Assembly (NCBI GenBank): GCA_963771075.1
Contig: CAVYSE010000011.1
Location: 224,001-288,000 of the forward strand
Origin: a candidate division FCPU426 bacterium
GTDB taxonomy: Bacteria; Oederibacteriota; Muellerivitia; Muellerivitales; Muellerivitaceae
Direction: 5' to 3'
DNA: 64,000 bases
Below the pieces are notes generated by a model. It searched no databases. It saw only the letters and a program-made list of their open reading frames with translations, and was not told the DNA's origin. Below, in pieces: positions 18,900-30,800 of this stretch. How positions within the stretch are numbered: position 1 is the stretch's first letter; every line of letters begins with the position of its first letter. The translations under genes were made by a program, and so were the position numbers.

Positions 18900-19514
18900 C
18901 TATTTGTTCCAATAACCGGCCAACAAAAGGACACCCACCGAGAAAAAGGCCAGGGCAGCGACTTTGTGGAGATAATTCGGATTTAAAAGCTTACGGGCTC
19001 GATATCCAATCCAGATCATAAATGCGGAGCAGGCCCAAAGAGCCAGGGTGGAGGCGAGGAAGATCGTCCAAGTATCGCGCCATTTGGCGATCAAGGTTAC
19101 GGTGGCGAGTTGTGTCAGATCCCCCCACTCCGCGACAAAGATCACTAAAAAGGAGGCGGACACGGTTTTCCAGAATGTCTCTTGGTGGGCATACCTGGGA
19201 TTTTCATGGATTTCATCGTGGTGCCGCCAAACCACGTAGGCGAAGATCAAAAAGAGTATTCCGGCGCAGGTGTGAACCATGGCGGCTGGCAAGAGGCCGA
19301 TCATCCCGCCGAAGAATACCGCAACCAGGTTTTGAACGACATAGGCGCCCGCCACCCCCACAAAAACCCCAAAAGGTTTTTGGCGGCTGGCCAGGAGGAT
19401 AGTGGCCAGTGCGGTTTTATCCGGCAGTTCGGCGATAAATATAAGGCCGAAAGTGGAGGCGAAAAGGGCAAAGTTGATGGTGATATGGGTTAAAAATGGG
19501 AAATTCATCCGCAC
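18900..19514 (-). CDS. TMEM165/GDT1 (UPF0016) Mn2+/Ca2+ transporter
   Basis: Two copies of the family motif: AELPDKTALAT and AEWGDLTQLAT. Confidence 0.9.
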   Translation of the reverse strand: MRMNFPFLTHITINFALFASTFGLIFIAELPDKTALATILLASRQKPFGVFVGVAGAYVVQNLVAVFFGGMIGLLPAAMVHTCAGILFLIFAYVVWRHHDEIHENPRYAHQETFWKTVSASFLVIFVAEWGDLTQLATVTLIAKWRDTWTIFLASTLALWACSAFMIWIGYRARKLLNPNYLHKVAALAFFSVGVLLLAGYWNK

Positions 19515-19659
19515 AGCTTAATGGCAGCTAATAGTGGACGCAACAGGAAGTGGAGTTCCCAAAAGGGAATCACCATGGACCGGAATATTGGCAGGTTATA
19601 AACCGGTCATATAACTTTTAACACGAAGATGCGAAGATCCCAAGAAAAGCAAAGTTTTA

Positions 19660-19992
19660 TTATGCCCACTTTTTAAAGACAAAGAAGACGGCCACCACCA
19701 TGAAAGCGAACCCCACCAGGTAGTTCCACTTCAGGCTCTCCTTCAAGTAGAAGACCGAGAACCCGCAAAAGACGACCAGGGTGATGACTTCCTGGATCGT
19801 CTTGAGTTGGGCGGTGGTGAACTCATAGCTCCCAATGCGGTTGGCCGGCACCTGCAGGCAGTATTCGAAAAAGGCGATACCCCAGGACGCCAGGATGGCG
19901 ATCCAAAGGGGAGAGGTCCGGAACTTCAAGTGGCCGTACCAGGCGAAGGTCATGAAGATGTTGGAAAACAACAGTAAAATCACAGTGTGCAT
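19660..19992 (-). CDS. Small DMT-superfamily membrane protein (DMT_6-like)
   Basis: SNIFMTFAWYGHLK, SWGIAFFEYCLQVPANRIG, QLKTIQEVITL. Confidence 0.88.
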   Translation of the reverse strand: MHTVILLLFSNIFMTFAWYGHLKFRTSPLWIAILASWGIAFFEYCLQVPANRIGSYEFTTAQLKTIQEVITLVVFCGFSVFYLKESLKWNYLVGFAFMVVAVFFVFKKWA

Positions 19993-20143
19993 GGCGGTTC
20001 TCCTTAAGAATATAGCCAATTGAAAATAATCTTTTGCCTGACGGATCGCAACCATCATCCGGCTCCTGGTCGGATGGCTCCTTGAAGGCGTCCTTAAAAC
20101 GGCCTAAACTGTCGCTCCTTCAATAACAAACAAGGAAAAAACC

Positions 20144-23100
20144 ATGCCCCGGCCATTATTTTTGGATGCCCTCAAAGAAAAGGTCCTCATCTTCGACGGG
20201 GCCATGGGTACCAATCTTCAGGTCTACAACCTCACAAAAGAGGATTTCGGCGGAAAAGAAGGCCTGAACGATTACCTGGTGATTACCAAACCCCAAGTGG
20301 TCCGGGAAGTTCATGAGGGCTTTTTGAAGGTGGGGGTCGATTGCCTTGAAACGAACACCTTTGGGTCCAACCGCCTGAAACTGGCCGAGTATGGCCTGGC
20401 GGATCGGATCGTGGAGATCAACACCGCCGCCGTGAAACTGGCTCGTGAATTGGCGGACAAGTATTCCACCCCGGACCAGCCCCGCTTTGTCGTGGGCTCC
20501 CTTGGTCCCACGGGCATGCTTCCCGCTTCGGAAGACCCGGATTTGGGCAAGATTAGCGTTGATGAGTTGGAAGCCATCTACTACGAGCAGGCCTGCATCA
20601 TGATCGACGCGGGGGTAGACGCCCTTTTGGTCGAGACCAGCCAGGATATCCTCGAAATGCGCGCGGCGGTTTTTGGATGCCACCGGGCCCGTACAGAAAA
20701 GACATCCCCCGTCGGGTTGATGGCCCAGACCACCTTGGATACCACGGGCCGGATGCTCTTGGGCACCGACATCGGTTCGGTCCTTTCCACCTTCTCCCGC
20801 CTTCCTATAGACGTCATCGGCATGAACTGTTCCACCGGTCCCAAGGAAATGAAGGATTCGGTGCGGTACCTTTCCCAATATTCCGAGATACCCATTTCAA
20901 CCATCCCCAACGCGGGTCTTCCCGAAAACCGCGGCGGCCAGGCGGTTTACCCCCTCAAGCCCGAGGCTTTGGCCGCGGCCTTGAAGGAATTCGTTGAGGA
21001 ATATCGGGGTCAACGTGGTGGGGGGCTGCTGCGGCACCAGTCACGAACACCTGCGCCAGGTGGTGGCGACCCTCGGCAAACAAAAACCCCGCAAGCGGGA
21101 GATCACCCACGCCTGCAACGCTTCTTCCATGATCAAGTCCGTTTCCCTGGACCAGGACCCCAAGCCCCTTATCGTGGGCGAACGGGTGAACGCGCAAGGA
21201 TCGCGCAAGATCAAGCAACTGCTCCTTGCGGACGATTATGAGGGCATGGTGGCGGTGGGTCGGGGTCAGGCCGAAGGTGGGGCGCATGTGCTGGATGTTT
21301 GCGTGGCAGTGACCGAGAGGATCGACGAGAAGGACCAGATGATGAAGGTGGTCAAGAAGCTGGCCCTGGGGGTCGATACCCCGCTGATGATCGATTCCAC
21401 CGAATCGGAAGTCATCGAAGCGGCGTTGAAGATATATCCGGGCCGGGCCCTGATCAATTCCATCAACCTGGAAGGCGACGGCTCGCGCATCAAAAAGCTC
21501 TGCCCCCTGGCCAAGAAATACGGTTCCGCCCTGGTGGCCATGACCATCGACGACCTCTATTACGACAAGTCCAAGCCGCAGGAAAAGGGTATGGCGAAAA
21601 CAGCGGCCCGCAAGCTGGAAGTGGCCAAGAAGATCGCTGAAATCTGCCAAAACGAATACGGCATACCCGCCGAGGACCTGGTCTTTGACGCGCTCACTTT
21701 CACCCTCGCGACCGGCGAGGAAGAATTCAGGAATTCGGCGGTCGAAACGATGGAAGGAATCCGGGCCATCAAGCGGGAAATTCCGGGGGTGCGCACCATC
21801 CTGGGCCTCTCCAACGTTTCCTTCGGCTTGAGCAAGCCCGCCCGTGAGGTCTTGAACTCCGTGTTCCTTTACCACTGCGTGCAGGCGGGGCTGGATATGG
21901 CCATCCTGAACCCGGCGGACATCAAGCCCTACTCCTCCATCGCCGAGGAAGAACGAAAGATGGCGGATGACCTGGTATTCAACCGGGATCCCCAGGCTTT
22001 GGCCAAGTTCATCCAGCATTTCGCGGGCAAGGCCCCCTTGGAATCACAGGGCCCCGCCGATCCCACCGAAGGCATGAGCCCCGCCCGGAAGGTGCATTGG
22101 AAGATCGTCAACCGCAAGGGAGACAAGATCGAGGAAAACCTGGCTGAGGTGATGAAGGAAAAAACCGCGGTCGAAACGCTGAACACCGTGCTTTTGCCCG
22201 CCATGAAGGAAGTGGGGGACAAGTTCGGCGCAGGGGAATTGATTTTGCCCTTCGTGCTTCAGTCCGCCGAGGTCATGAAGAGGGCCGTGGCTTATGTGGA
22301 GCAATTCCTGGATAAATCGACCGCCACCACGAAGGGTACCGTGGTTTTGGCGACCGTCTATGGCGACGTGCACGACATTGGAAAAAACCTGGTAAGAACC
22401 ATCCTATCCAACAACGGATATACCGTGCACGACCTGGGAAAGCAGGTTCCCGTTTCAACCATTATCGCCAAGGCACAGGAAGTGAAGGCGGACGCCATCG
22501 GCTTGTCGGCCCTTCTGGTCGTCACTTCCAAACAGATGCCCATATGCGTGCAGGAACTTGAGAAGATGGGGGCCTCATTTCCGGTGGTGGTCGGCGGGGC
22601 CGCCATCAACCGCCGCTACGGATATCGCATCAGCTTCGTGGATGAGAAACTCTATGAGCCGGGAGTCTACTACGCCAAGGACGCCTTCGAGGGGCTGGAT
22701 ATCCTGAACGCCTTGTCGGATTTGGCCAGTCGGGAAACATTCCGCAACCGTGTTAAGGAAGAGGCCCTGAAATCGAAGGCTGCGGGCTTCGCCGAAATGA
22801 AGGTGATAGAGGGAGAGGCGACACCGGAAGAGTTCCCCCCGACGGTGAAGCCGGCTCTTTCAATCCCGAAGAACCCCTTCACGGGAACCTCCATCATCAA
22901 CAAGGTGCCCTTAAGGGAAGTCTGGCCCTATTTGGACCTGACCCAGCTCTACAAGCTTAATTGGGGCGTGAAGGGCAAGGATTCGGAAGAATATAAGAAG
23001 CTCATCAAGGACCAGTTCGAGCCCATGCGCCTCAAGATGCAGGATGAGATTTTGGTCAAGAATTGGTTCGAGCCCAAGCTGGTTTACGGATTCTTTTTGG

Positions 23101-23618
23101 CCAATTCCGAGGGGAATGACCTCGTTATATATGATGGAAAGGACCCGAAAAAGGAGCTGGAACGGTTCAAGTTTCCCCGCCAAAGGGTGGGAAGACATTT
23201 ATGCCTTTCCGATTATTTCAAATCCGCTTCATCGGGCGAAAAAGACGTGGTGGCGTTCCAAGTCGTCACCATCGGCAACAAGGCCACCGAAATCATCGAA
23301 CAATTAAACAAAGACGGGAAATACACCGACAGCTATTATCTGCATGGCCTGGCGGTCCAGACCGCGGAAGCCATGGCCGAATGGATTCACAGGCGTATCC
23401 GAAAAGAGTGGGACCTGCCGATTGGCCAGGGGAAGCGCTACTCGCCGGGTTACCCCGCCTGCCCCGAGCAATCGGACCAGGAAAAGTATTTCAGGTTGCT
23501 GGACGCCACCAAGGCCATCGGCATCACCCTGACGGAGGCCTTCATGATGGTGCCCGAGCAATCCACTAGCGCCATCGTGATCCACCATCCCGAGTGCGAG
23601 TATTTCGCGGTGAGGTAG
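20144..23618 (+). CDS. metH: Cobalamin-dependent methionine synthase, split by a +1 frameshift near 21005
   Basis: DGAMGT, ETNTFG and MNCSTGP in the first frame; GGCCGT, pterin domain, GDVHDIGKNLV and RYSPGYPACP in the second. Removing one base in GAATATCGGGGTC restores EYGVNVVGGCCGT. Confidence 0.93.
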
Positions 23619-23626
23619 CGCTAGAC

Positions 23627-23669
23627 AAGAAAAGACGCCCGATCCAGGGGACCGGGCGTCTTTTCTTTT
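23627..23669. terminator. Bidirectional intrinsic terminator
   Basis: AAGAAAAGACGCCCG...CGGGCGTCTTTTCTTTT between convergent genes. Confidence 0.8.
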
Positions 23670-23686
23670 GACTAGAAAAGCGGTTT

Positions 23687-24610
23687 TTAAAAAATCGAAA
23701 CGATCGACTTGAAGAGATCAATACCCTGCTTAACGCCGGGAGCCTTGGCGACGATGTTGATCACCGTCTTCACGGAAGACACCGTCGTCATAATGATGCC
23801 TTTCGCGGCCGTCCCCGCCGTGTCAATGATCTTGCCAGTGGTATATACCGCCCCTTCGACGTTGTTCAGGACGTCGGCCTCCACCTGGGCCGAGATCGAA
23901 TCATCCCTCTTCTCGTTCTCCTGCTCCAGGCTTGCGCCCTTGAGGTTATTTTGCTTCCTCAGCATGGCGATTTTTTCCTCGTGCTGCTGCTTTATCGCGG
24001 CCGCCTGGGACATGAGGGATTTATACCGGGCTTCCCTTCCGGCGTTGACGGGGTGGAAGCAATAACTGAAAGTGTCCGCGTGATCCGCTTGGAAGGAAGC
24101 GAAGTTGTCCTCCAGAACGGTGCTGCGGCCGGTCCTGTTCCATTCCACGCCGTTGGTGGCGTTCGCGACCTCGTGAAAGAGAATGATTTGGCCCTTGGTG
24201 TCCCTCAAGGCCAGGGTGATGTCAAAATCCATGTCCTTGAACTTGTCCAGGACGGAGCCCGAGAAGATATAAGTTCCATCCCGCTTGAAGGTCAAACTCA
24301 TTTCTCCCTTGACCGCGGCAAATTGGAAATGACGGGTAATGGAACCCGCCGCGGGCGGTTGCTTCACCAGGGGCCTCTCCTCGCCTGCCGGGGGCGGCTG
24401 GGTTACCTTGGGCCCCGCGTTATTGGCCGGCGGCGGCTGGACAACCTTGGGCCCCGCGTTGCCTACGGGCATCCCGCCCTGCGACGCGGATGACTTGTTC
24501 TCCTGGGGCGCGTTGCCTACTGGCATCTGGGCCTTCACCGGCTGAATCCACAGGGCTGAAACAGCCCCCGTTAACATCAAAACCCAAAACGTTTGTTTGA
24601 AATTAAACAT
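23687..24610 (-). CDS. Hypothetical secreted protein with Pro-rich N-terminal repeats
   Basis: SD GAGG before ATG 24610; signal peptide ending VKA; MPVGNA x2; (AG)PKVxQPPPA x2-3. Confidence 0.75.
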   Translation of the reverse strand: MFNFKQTFWVLMLTGAVSALWIQPVKAQMPVGNAPQENKSSASQGGMPVGNAGPKVVQPPPANNAGPKVTQPPPAGEERPLVKQPPAAGSITRHFQFAAVKGEMSLTFKRDGTYIFSGSVLDKFKDMDFDITLALRDTKGQIILFHEVANATNGVEWNRTGRSTVLEDNFASFQADHADTFSYCFHPVNAGREARYKSLMSQAAAIKQQHEEKIAMLRKQNNLKGASLEQENEKRDDSISAQVEADVLNNVEGAVYTTGKIIDTAGTAAKGIIMTTVSSVKTVINIVAKAPGVKQGIDLFKSIVSIF

Positions 24611-24871
24611 AAATGCCTCTTTTAATTGATCGCTGGGGATTTTCAAGCGTCTTTCCCGAAAAGACCGCCGCAGTTTAAAACGAGATCCAATCGGCCTCCC
24701 CCGCCTATGGAAATCTTTCATATACAACAGTCTTATTCGCCCTTAGGCCTTCGCGCCAAGGCGAAGGACCGCCGTCCGACCAAAGCCGAATGGCGAGACA
24801 TGTTAATCCGGGAATGGCTTTTAAAGAGTTCAACGGCGAACATTTAACAATCATTTATTCTTGGAAAGAGG

Positions 24872-25032
24872 TGACCTGCCCCCCAAAAACTAGTCCACCT
24901 GAATGGGTATAATACCTCGAAAGGCAGACTGAAAAAGGGGGCTTTATGCCCAGAAAGAAACACAGTGCCGAGCAGATTATTTCGATTCTTTGTCAAGCCG
25001 AGGTTGATTTTTTTTCAACGCAATTCACTTAA
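24872..25032 (+). mobile_element. IS3-family remnant: left end plus the first ~21 codons of OrfA
   Basis: Begins TGACCTGCCCCCCAAAAACTAGTCCA (IS3-type IRL); ORF 24946-25032 MPRKKHSAEQIISILCQAEV resembles an IS3 OrfA N-terminus and then breaks off. Confidence 0.8.
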
Positions 25033-25042
25033 GGAGGAGAAA

Positions 25043-25486
25043 ATGGTTGATCTTAATTCGATGATTCGTGATAACGAAAAAGAACGCGAGAGGCTCATCA
25101 AGCTCATGGCACGCCTCAAGGAAACGGAATTAAGAAAGCGGCTTCCCAACGGTTGGTCCGTTTCCGTGGCCTTGGCCCACCTGGCCTTTTGGGATTTTTA
25201 CCAGGTCAACACGCTTCAACGCTGGATCATGGAAGGCCGCAAACCCGATTCGACGGATTCCCTGATCGTGAACGATTCCTTGAGTCTTCTCTCCGAGGCG
25301 ATCCCATCCCCAACGGTTGTGAAATTCACCCAAGCGGCGGCGGAAATGGCGGACAAGCTGGTGGAAAAGTTGACCCAGGCCCAAGCGGATGAATTTCTGA
25401 AGGTGGGCTCGGAACGGTTGTTGCACCGCGCCCTGCACCGGCGGATGCACCTAGACAAGATCGAGCAAGCGCTCCAAGCGAAATAA
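25043..25486 (+). CDS. DinB/MDMPI-superfamily protein
   Basis: Strong SD AAGGAGG; GWSVSVALAHLAFWD and HRRMHLDKI metal-ligand motifs. Confidence 0.82.
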   Translation: MVDLNSMIRDNEKERERLIKLMARLKETELRKRLPNGWSVSVALAHLAFWDFYQVNTLQRWIMEGRKPDSTDSLIVNDSLSLLSEAIPSPTVVKFTQAAAEMADKLVEKLTQAQADEFLKVGSERLLHRALHRRMHLDKIEQALQAK

Positions 25487-25490
25487 AAGA

Positions 25491-27566
25491 TTATTTCGTG
25501 GTGGGAAAGGCAGTGACCCTCAGTTTCGTCGAACCATAAGGCACTAGTGCCAGGTTCACGGGTGGATTCGTACTGGTGACCGGGCTTTGGGGCGGTGGAA
25601 GCAGGGCCCCATGATCGAAATTCCATTCGATACTTTTCCCCTGCACCATGACCCGCGACGGGGCGCCTTCCAAAGTAAAGGGATTACCGGTTAGGGCGGC
25701 TCCAACAAAGGTGAGGTATTGATCCGGGTGGTTCGGGTCCAAGATGAGCGCGTAGTTCCAATTGCTTTGGGGTAGAACCATATAGTCGTTCTTTTTCATT
25801 CCCGGCGGCTGCTGCTTGAAGGGCATGAATACCTTCCACTCCTCCTTGAGGCCCAAACTGTAGACCAGGGGCCCATGTTCAACACTCAGTGAGTCGTTGT
25901 ATCCCTTGCGTACTTGAAAGTGCATGGGCAGGTGCAGGACAACCGTGTCATTCCCGCTCCAATGACGAGAAAGTTTGTTGAATGTTCCCGGGCCCAAGGT
26001 CCGCATATCCCCGCCCGGCAAATCCACCCGGGCCCCCTGGCACCAGGCGGGAACCCTTAAATAGAGTGGAAATTCCAACGGCTTTTCGGTGGTCACCTTA
26101 AAGGTCAAGGTCTCGCTGAAGGGATAGTCGGTGACCAGCTCGATATGGACGGGGATTCCCCCTATGTTGGCGGTCACTTGGCTGGGGGCGTAAGCGACTG
26201 CGGCCAAACCGTTGTCGGGTGTGGACATCCAAAGATGGGAGGTGAACTTGGGCCAGCCCTGGTGGAAATTGGCCAGGCAGCATCCGAACTGGGGTTCCAA
26301 CCCGAATAGATTGGCGTCGCCCCGGTTGGTCGTATAAACGGGTTCCGGGTAGTAAACGCAGGCAACCTGGTTGGATTGCTCGTCATATTGGTGCCCCCAG
26401 AAATCATGCGTGATGGCGGCGGGCAGGGCGTTGAAGGCGACTTTTTCCAGGCGGTCGGCGAATTTCACCTCGCCCGTCATGGACACCAGGTTTTCCATGG
26501 AAAACATGGTTTCCACGATGGCGCATAGTTCCGTGCCCTGCGAGGGGCTCAATCCAGCCAGGCACTCGTCGCCGCTCATCAATCCGTTAGGCTCGCCGTG
26601 GTATCGGTCCAGGTTTTCGAGTTCATGGTCGGTCGACTTCTTAAAATAGCGTTCGCCCGTCAACCGATAGAGCAGGGCGGGAGTCTTGAGCCCCATGGCG
26701 TTGTTCACCACGTGCCCCAGCCAGTTCCAGCGGGGGGAACGGTCTTTTACCGGCAGGTTGTCGAAATGGCTGGCCCAGTTGTAACCCTTGCTGGCCACCT
26801 TGCGCTCGAAATCCAAAAGCCAGATTTCGCCGGTTTGGTCGAAAAGCCAATTGATGGTCAAGGCCAGGTCGCCCCATCGGAAGAAATTCCAGGCGTAAAG
26901 CTCCTGCCCATTCACCTGGCCGTTTTTATCCATTTGGGCGCTGATGGCTTGCATGTCCCTTTCCATGGCGGGAATGATCCGGGGGTCGCCCGTGGCTTCC
27001 GAATATTGGGCCAAGACCTTCAATATGACGAATTGAGGCCAGGGATCGCGGGGGGGAGGCGCCTCGCCATGGCTTCCGAAGGGGGGAGGGCTGTTTTCAG
27101 GTCCCAGCCAACCATCTTTCAGCTGGTGTTTGAGGATATAGTCGATCCAGCGGGCCGCTTTTTGTTTGAGCTTCTCATCGCCGGTCAGAAAGGCAAGGGG
27201 AACCATTCCATCCAACCAGTAGGGAGCCCTTTCCCAACCCTCGTATTTGCCGCCGATCCAACCGCTGCCTTTCACGTCAGGCCAAAACTCGTCCAGATGC
27301 CCGGTCAACCCGGAGGCCTGAAGCTTCAATTGGTCCAAGAGCCAGCCCTCGGGTTTGATGGTAGTTAATGGAAGGGGCCGGAATACCAGTGGATCTAGGG
27401 CGGTCATGTGGTACAAGGCCCTGTTTTCCTCGGCACGATGGAATAGGGCCCAAGCTAATATGCCGGAAACCACTAGGATCAATAAGATAAGAGGGAACAT
27501 CAAGGATCTGGGTTTGGTGGGGGATGGGGGAATGGGCGATTGGGGAGCGGGGTTGGTTTCGGCCAT
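25491..27566 (-). CDS. GH127/GH146-like beta-L-arabinofuranosidase with N-terminal membrane anchor
   Basis: WERAPYWLDG, HVVN, GTELCAIVE, ADRLEKVAFNALP, GCCLANFHQGWPK. Confidence 0.88.
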   Translation of the reverse strand: MAETNPAPQSPIPPSPTKPRSLMFPLILLILVVSGILAWALFHRAEENRALYHMTALDPLVFRPLPLTTIKPEGWLLDQLKLQASGLTGHLDEFWPDVKGSGWIGGKYEGWERAPYWLDGMVPLAFLTGDEKLKQKAARWIDYILKHQLKDGWLGPENSPPPFGSHGEAPPPRDPWPQFVILKVLAQYSEATGDPRIIPAMERDMQAISAQMDKNGQVNGQELYAWNFFRWGDLALTINWLFDQTGEIWLLDFERKVASKGYNWASHFDNLPVKDRSPRWNWLGHVVNNAMGLKTPALLYRLTGERYFKKSTDHELENLDRYHGEPNGLMSGDECLAGLSPSQGTELCAIVETMFSMENLVSMTGEVKFADRLEKVAFNALPAAITHDFWGHQYDEQSNQVACVYYPEPVYTTNRGDANLFGLEPQFGCCLANFHQGWPKFTSHLWMSTPDNGLAAVAYAPSQVTANIGGIPVHIELVTDYPFSETLTFKVTTEKPLEFPLYLRVPAWCQGARVDLPGGDMRTLGPGTFNKLSRHWSGNDTVVLHLPMHFQVRKGYNDSLSVEHGPLVYSLGLKEEWKVFMPFKQQPPGMKKNDYMVLPQSNWNYALILDPNHPDQYLTFVGAALTGNPFTLEGAPSRVMVQGKSIEWNFDHGALLPPPQSPVTSTNPPVNLALVPYGSTKLRVTAFPTTK

Positions 27567-27879
27567 GGATTCCTCTGTAGGGTTAGGTCTGTTATTTATA
27601 AACGATTATTTGTGTGTCTGGGGTATTTAAAAGAGCCATTTTTCACAGAAAACATGACCCTTTCATATTTGCCACAATAGAAATCCCCTAATTCGTTTAA
27701 CCCCATTCGGATATATTTTTCTAGAAAAGCTAAAGCTGGCGGCAATAGAATTAAACGCTACCCTTTTTCAAATCCAACAAAGCGTTTATTCCCACCGCAT
27801 TTGAAACCGGTTTAATAAAAGCGCTTTCGCTTGGATTATGGGGATTGAACAGACCGCCTGCAAGCGGTAAGGAAAATTA

Positions 27880-30800
27880 ATGTTTGTTTTGGAAAAATTT
27901 TTTACCCACTTGATTGGAGTTGTTGTTTTTTTAATAGCCCTTTCCGTTCAGGCCAATGTTCCGGGTGGCGGCACGGGTACTGGCGGCAATGTCACCGTCA
28001 CGACCAACGGCACGAACGTGACACTGGCCAACGGCATCGTCTCCTTCACCATCAATACGACCAACGGAAACGTCACAAATTTTACCTATAACGGGACGAA
28101 CCTTTTGACGGGGGGAAATGGCGGCGGCTACTTTTACTTCGATGGGTCCGGCGGGCCCACATTGGCAAACCCCACCTACACCTTGACCGTGAATCCCGCT
28201 AATAACGGCGGTAACCAGGCGGAAGTATTTCTCCAGACGATCGCCAGCCCCATGGACATGGGAGTTTATTACGATCTGCTGCGGGGACAGCAGGGAATTT
28301 ACAATACGCTGGTTCTCACACACGAGGCCAGCTACGTCGACTATCCCGGTGCGGAGCTACGCTCAAATGTCTATGTAGGTTCCGCCTTCGATTGGATCGT
28401 CATAGATCCCTATCGTTTCCGGCAAATGGCCTCGCCCTCGGACACTTACATTGCCACTCCCGGCGCTCCCGCGGAAGTGTTTGATTTTACCAGTGGCATT
28501 TACAGCGGCACGACAGGCTGCAAATATTCCTACAGCGACCCGCTGGGGGAGCTCAATACATGGGGTTGGGCTTCCACGACTTCCCAAAACGGAATTTGGC
28601 AGGTCGTCCCCAGCCACGAGTATTACGATGGAGGGCCTCTGCACCGGGAGCTCACCGCCCACCTTGGGAATACCCTGTTGAATATGTTCGGCGGCGGGCA
28701 CTACGGTTTTGGCCTGACCCAAGACCAGCCCGCGGGCACATTCTCGTCCAAGACATTCGGGCCGGCTTTCATTTACGCCAACACCTATACCGGTTCCGCC
28801 AGCGATCCCGTTTCCCTCAAAGCCCGTACCCTTTGGGCCGACTCCCAAGCCCAAGCCGTCGCCGAGCAGGGCGCCTGGCCCTACACTTGGTTCAATCCCC
28901 AGCCCTTACCGGGAAGCGGCGGTTCGGCCTACCCGCAAGCTTCCGGCCGAGGCACGGTGAGCGGCACCCTGACAATCAACGACCCCTACAATTCGGGTGC
29001 CTCGCCGGTCAGCCTGTGGGTGGGGATGGCCCCCGTTGATGGAGGGGTGGACTTTCAACAGCAATACTTGACTTACCAGTTCTGGGTTAGGACCGGCGCC
29101 GGAGGGACCTTTACCATTCCCAACGTGGTTCCTGGAACCTATAACTTGTGGGCTTTCGGTCCAGGTGGGGTCGGCACATATGAAGACGCGAACCTGACCG
29201 TAAACGCGGGTCAGTCCTTGAACCTAGGAACTTTGACTTGGGCGCCCCTGCGCCTGGGCCCCACAGTGTGGGAGATCGGAACCCCTGACAGGGATTCCAA
29301 CGAATTCAACAATGGGGACCATGACGTGGCACCCTATAGCAGCGTCCTGCCTCCCTACGCCGGAGGTGCCCCCTATAACACCCCCGCGGACTGGGCCGCT
29401 TTCCTGGACTATGCGACCCAATATCCCAACGGGGTCAGCTATGTCGTAGGCACCAGTCATTACTCTACGGATTGGAATTATTGCCAGCCGACTACCCTCG
29501 ACGCCGCGACCACCACCTATGGGGGCACGACTTCCAAGATCTATTTCAATTTGGCGACAGCGCCCACAGCGGCCCAGAACGCCCGCCTTTACATCGCTTT
29601 TGCGTCCGTTTTTGACGCGGCTTGCATCCTTACGATCAATGGGACCGTCCAAACCGCATCGGTCATGGGCTCCACGGATGGTACTTATGCCACGATCACC
29701 AACGCGACCACCGGTTTTTACCCTCCCAACGTGAGTTTCGACTCCATCGTGCGCCTGGGTACCCAAGGTTCCTGGGGGGACGCCTACCTGGATTTCGCGG
29801 GCAACAAGCTGAAGGCGGGGACAAATGAGATCGACATTGGTATGAGGGCGACCGGCGGCGCCGGAAACGGAAACGGATTCGAGTACGACTATGTGCGGCT
29901 TGAACTGACCGGATATGCAACATCTACTCCCACGCCTTCGGGTGCAAATACCGCCACCTACACCACTACCCCAACCAAGACGGGTACGCCGACGGCGACC
30001 AACACCAGCACTGCGACCCGAACGTGGACGACCACCTATACAACCACTAGAACCCCGACCGCGACCATGACCCAAACCTACACGGCCACCTGGACTAACA
30101 CGCCAACCGCTTCCTTGACGCGCACGGCGACTGGTACCCCGACCCGAACCCTGACCTCCACCGCGACCCAGACCAATACCTCAACACCCGCTTTTACCAC
30201 TACCAATAGTCCGACAGCCACATGGACCAGCACTTCGACGGCTTCTTTCACGCGTTCGGCGACCTCAACTTGGACCTCATCGTCCACCCCCACAGCGACC
30301 GAGACCAGTTCATTTACCGCTTCTTTCACCCGTTCCGCCACACCCACCCTGACGGGGACTGACTCCCCGACCGTCACCGCGACTTTGACCTATTCTTCCA
30401 CACCGTCAAAAACATTCACGGCTTTGAATACGACGACGTCCACTTCCACCCCGAGCGTTACCCCCACTCCAACCATGACTTCCACGGCCACCCCAAGCTC
30501 CACGGCGACATCCACAAGGACCTTTGCATCAACCCCAACGGCGACTGAGACCAGTTCATTCACTGCTTCTTTCACCCGTTCCGCCACACCCACTCTGACG
30601 GGGACTTACTCCCCGACCGCCACCGCGACCTTGACCTATTCCTTCACGGCGACCAAGACTTCCACCCCCGTGAACACACCGACGATCACATCCACCCCGG
30701 TCTTGACCCCCAGCGTCACGCTCACCTATTCGATGACGTCGACATCAACCCAAACCCGCACACCGACTTGGACCCCCACGGCCACCGCTACAGGCACGGT

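Noticed and set aside
19515..19655. yybP-ykoY Mn2+ riboswitch upstream of the TMEM165 gene
   Set aside because: The conserved riboswitch motifs were not recognisable by eye; an Infernal search would settle it.
19993..20143. SAM or cobalamin riboswitch upstream of metH
   Set aside because: No S-box or B12-box consensus seen; only one small hairpin.
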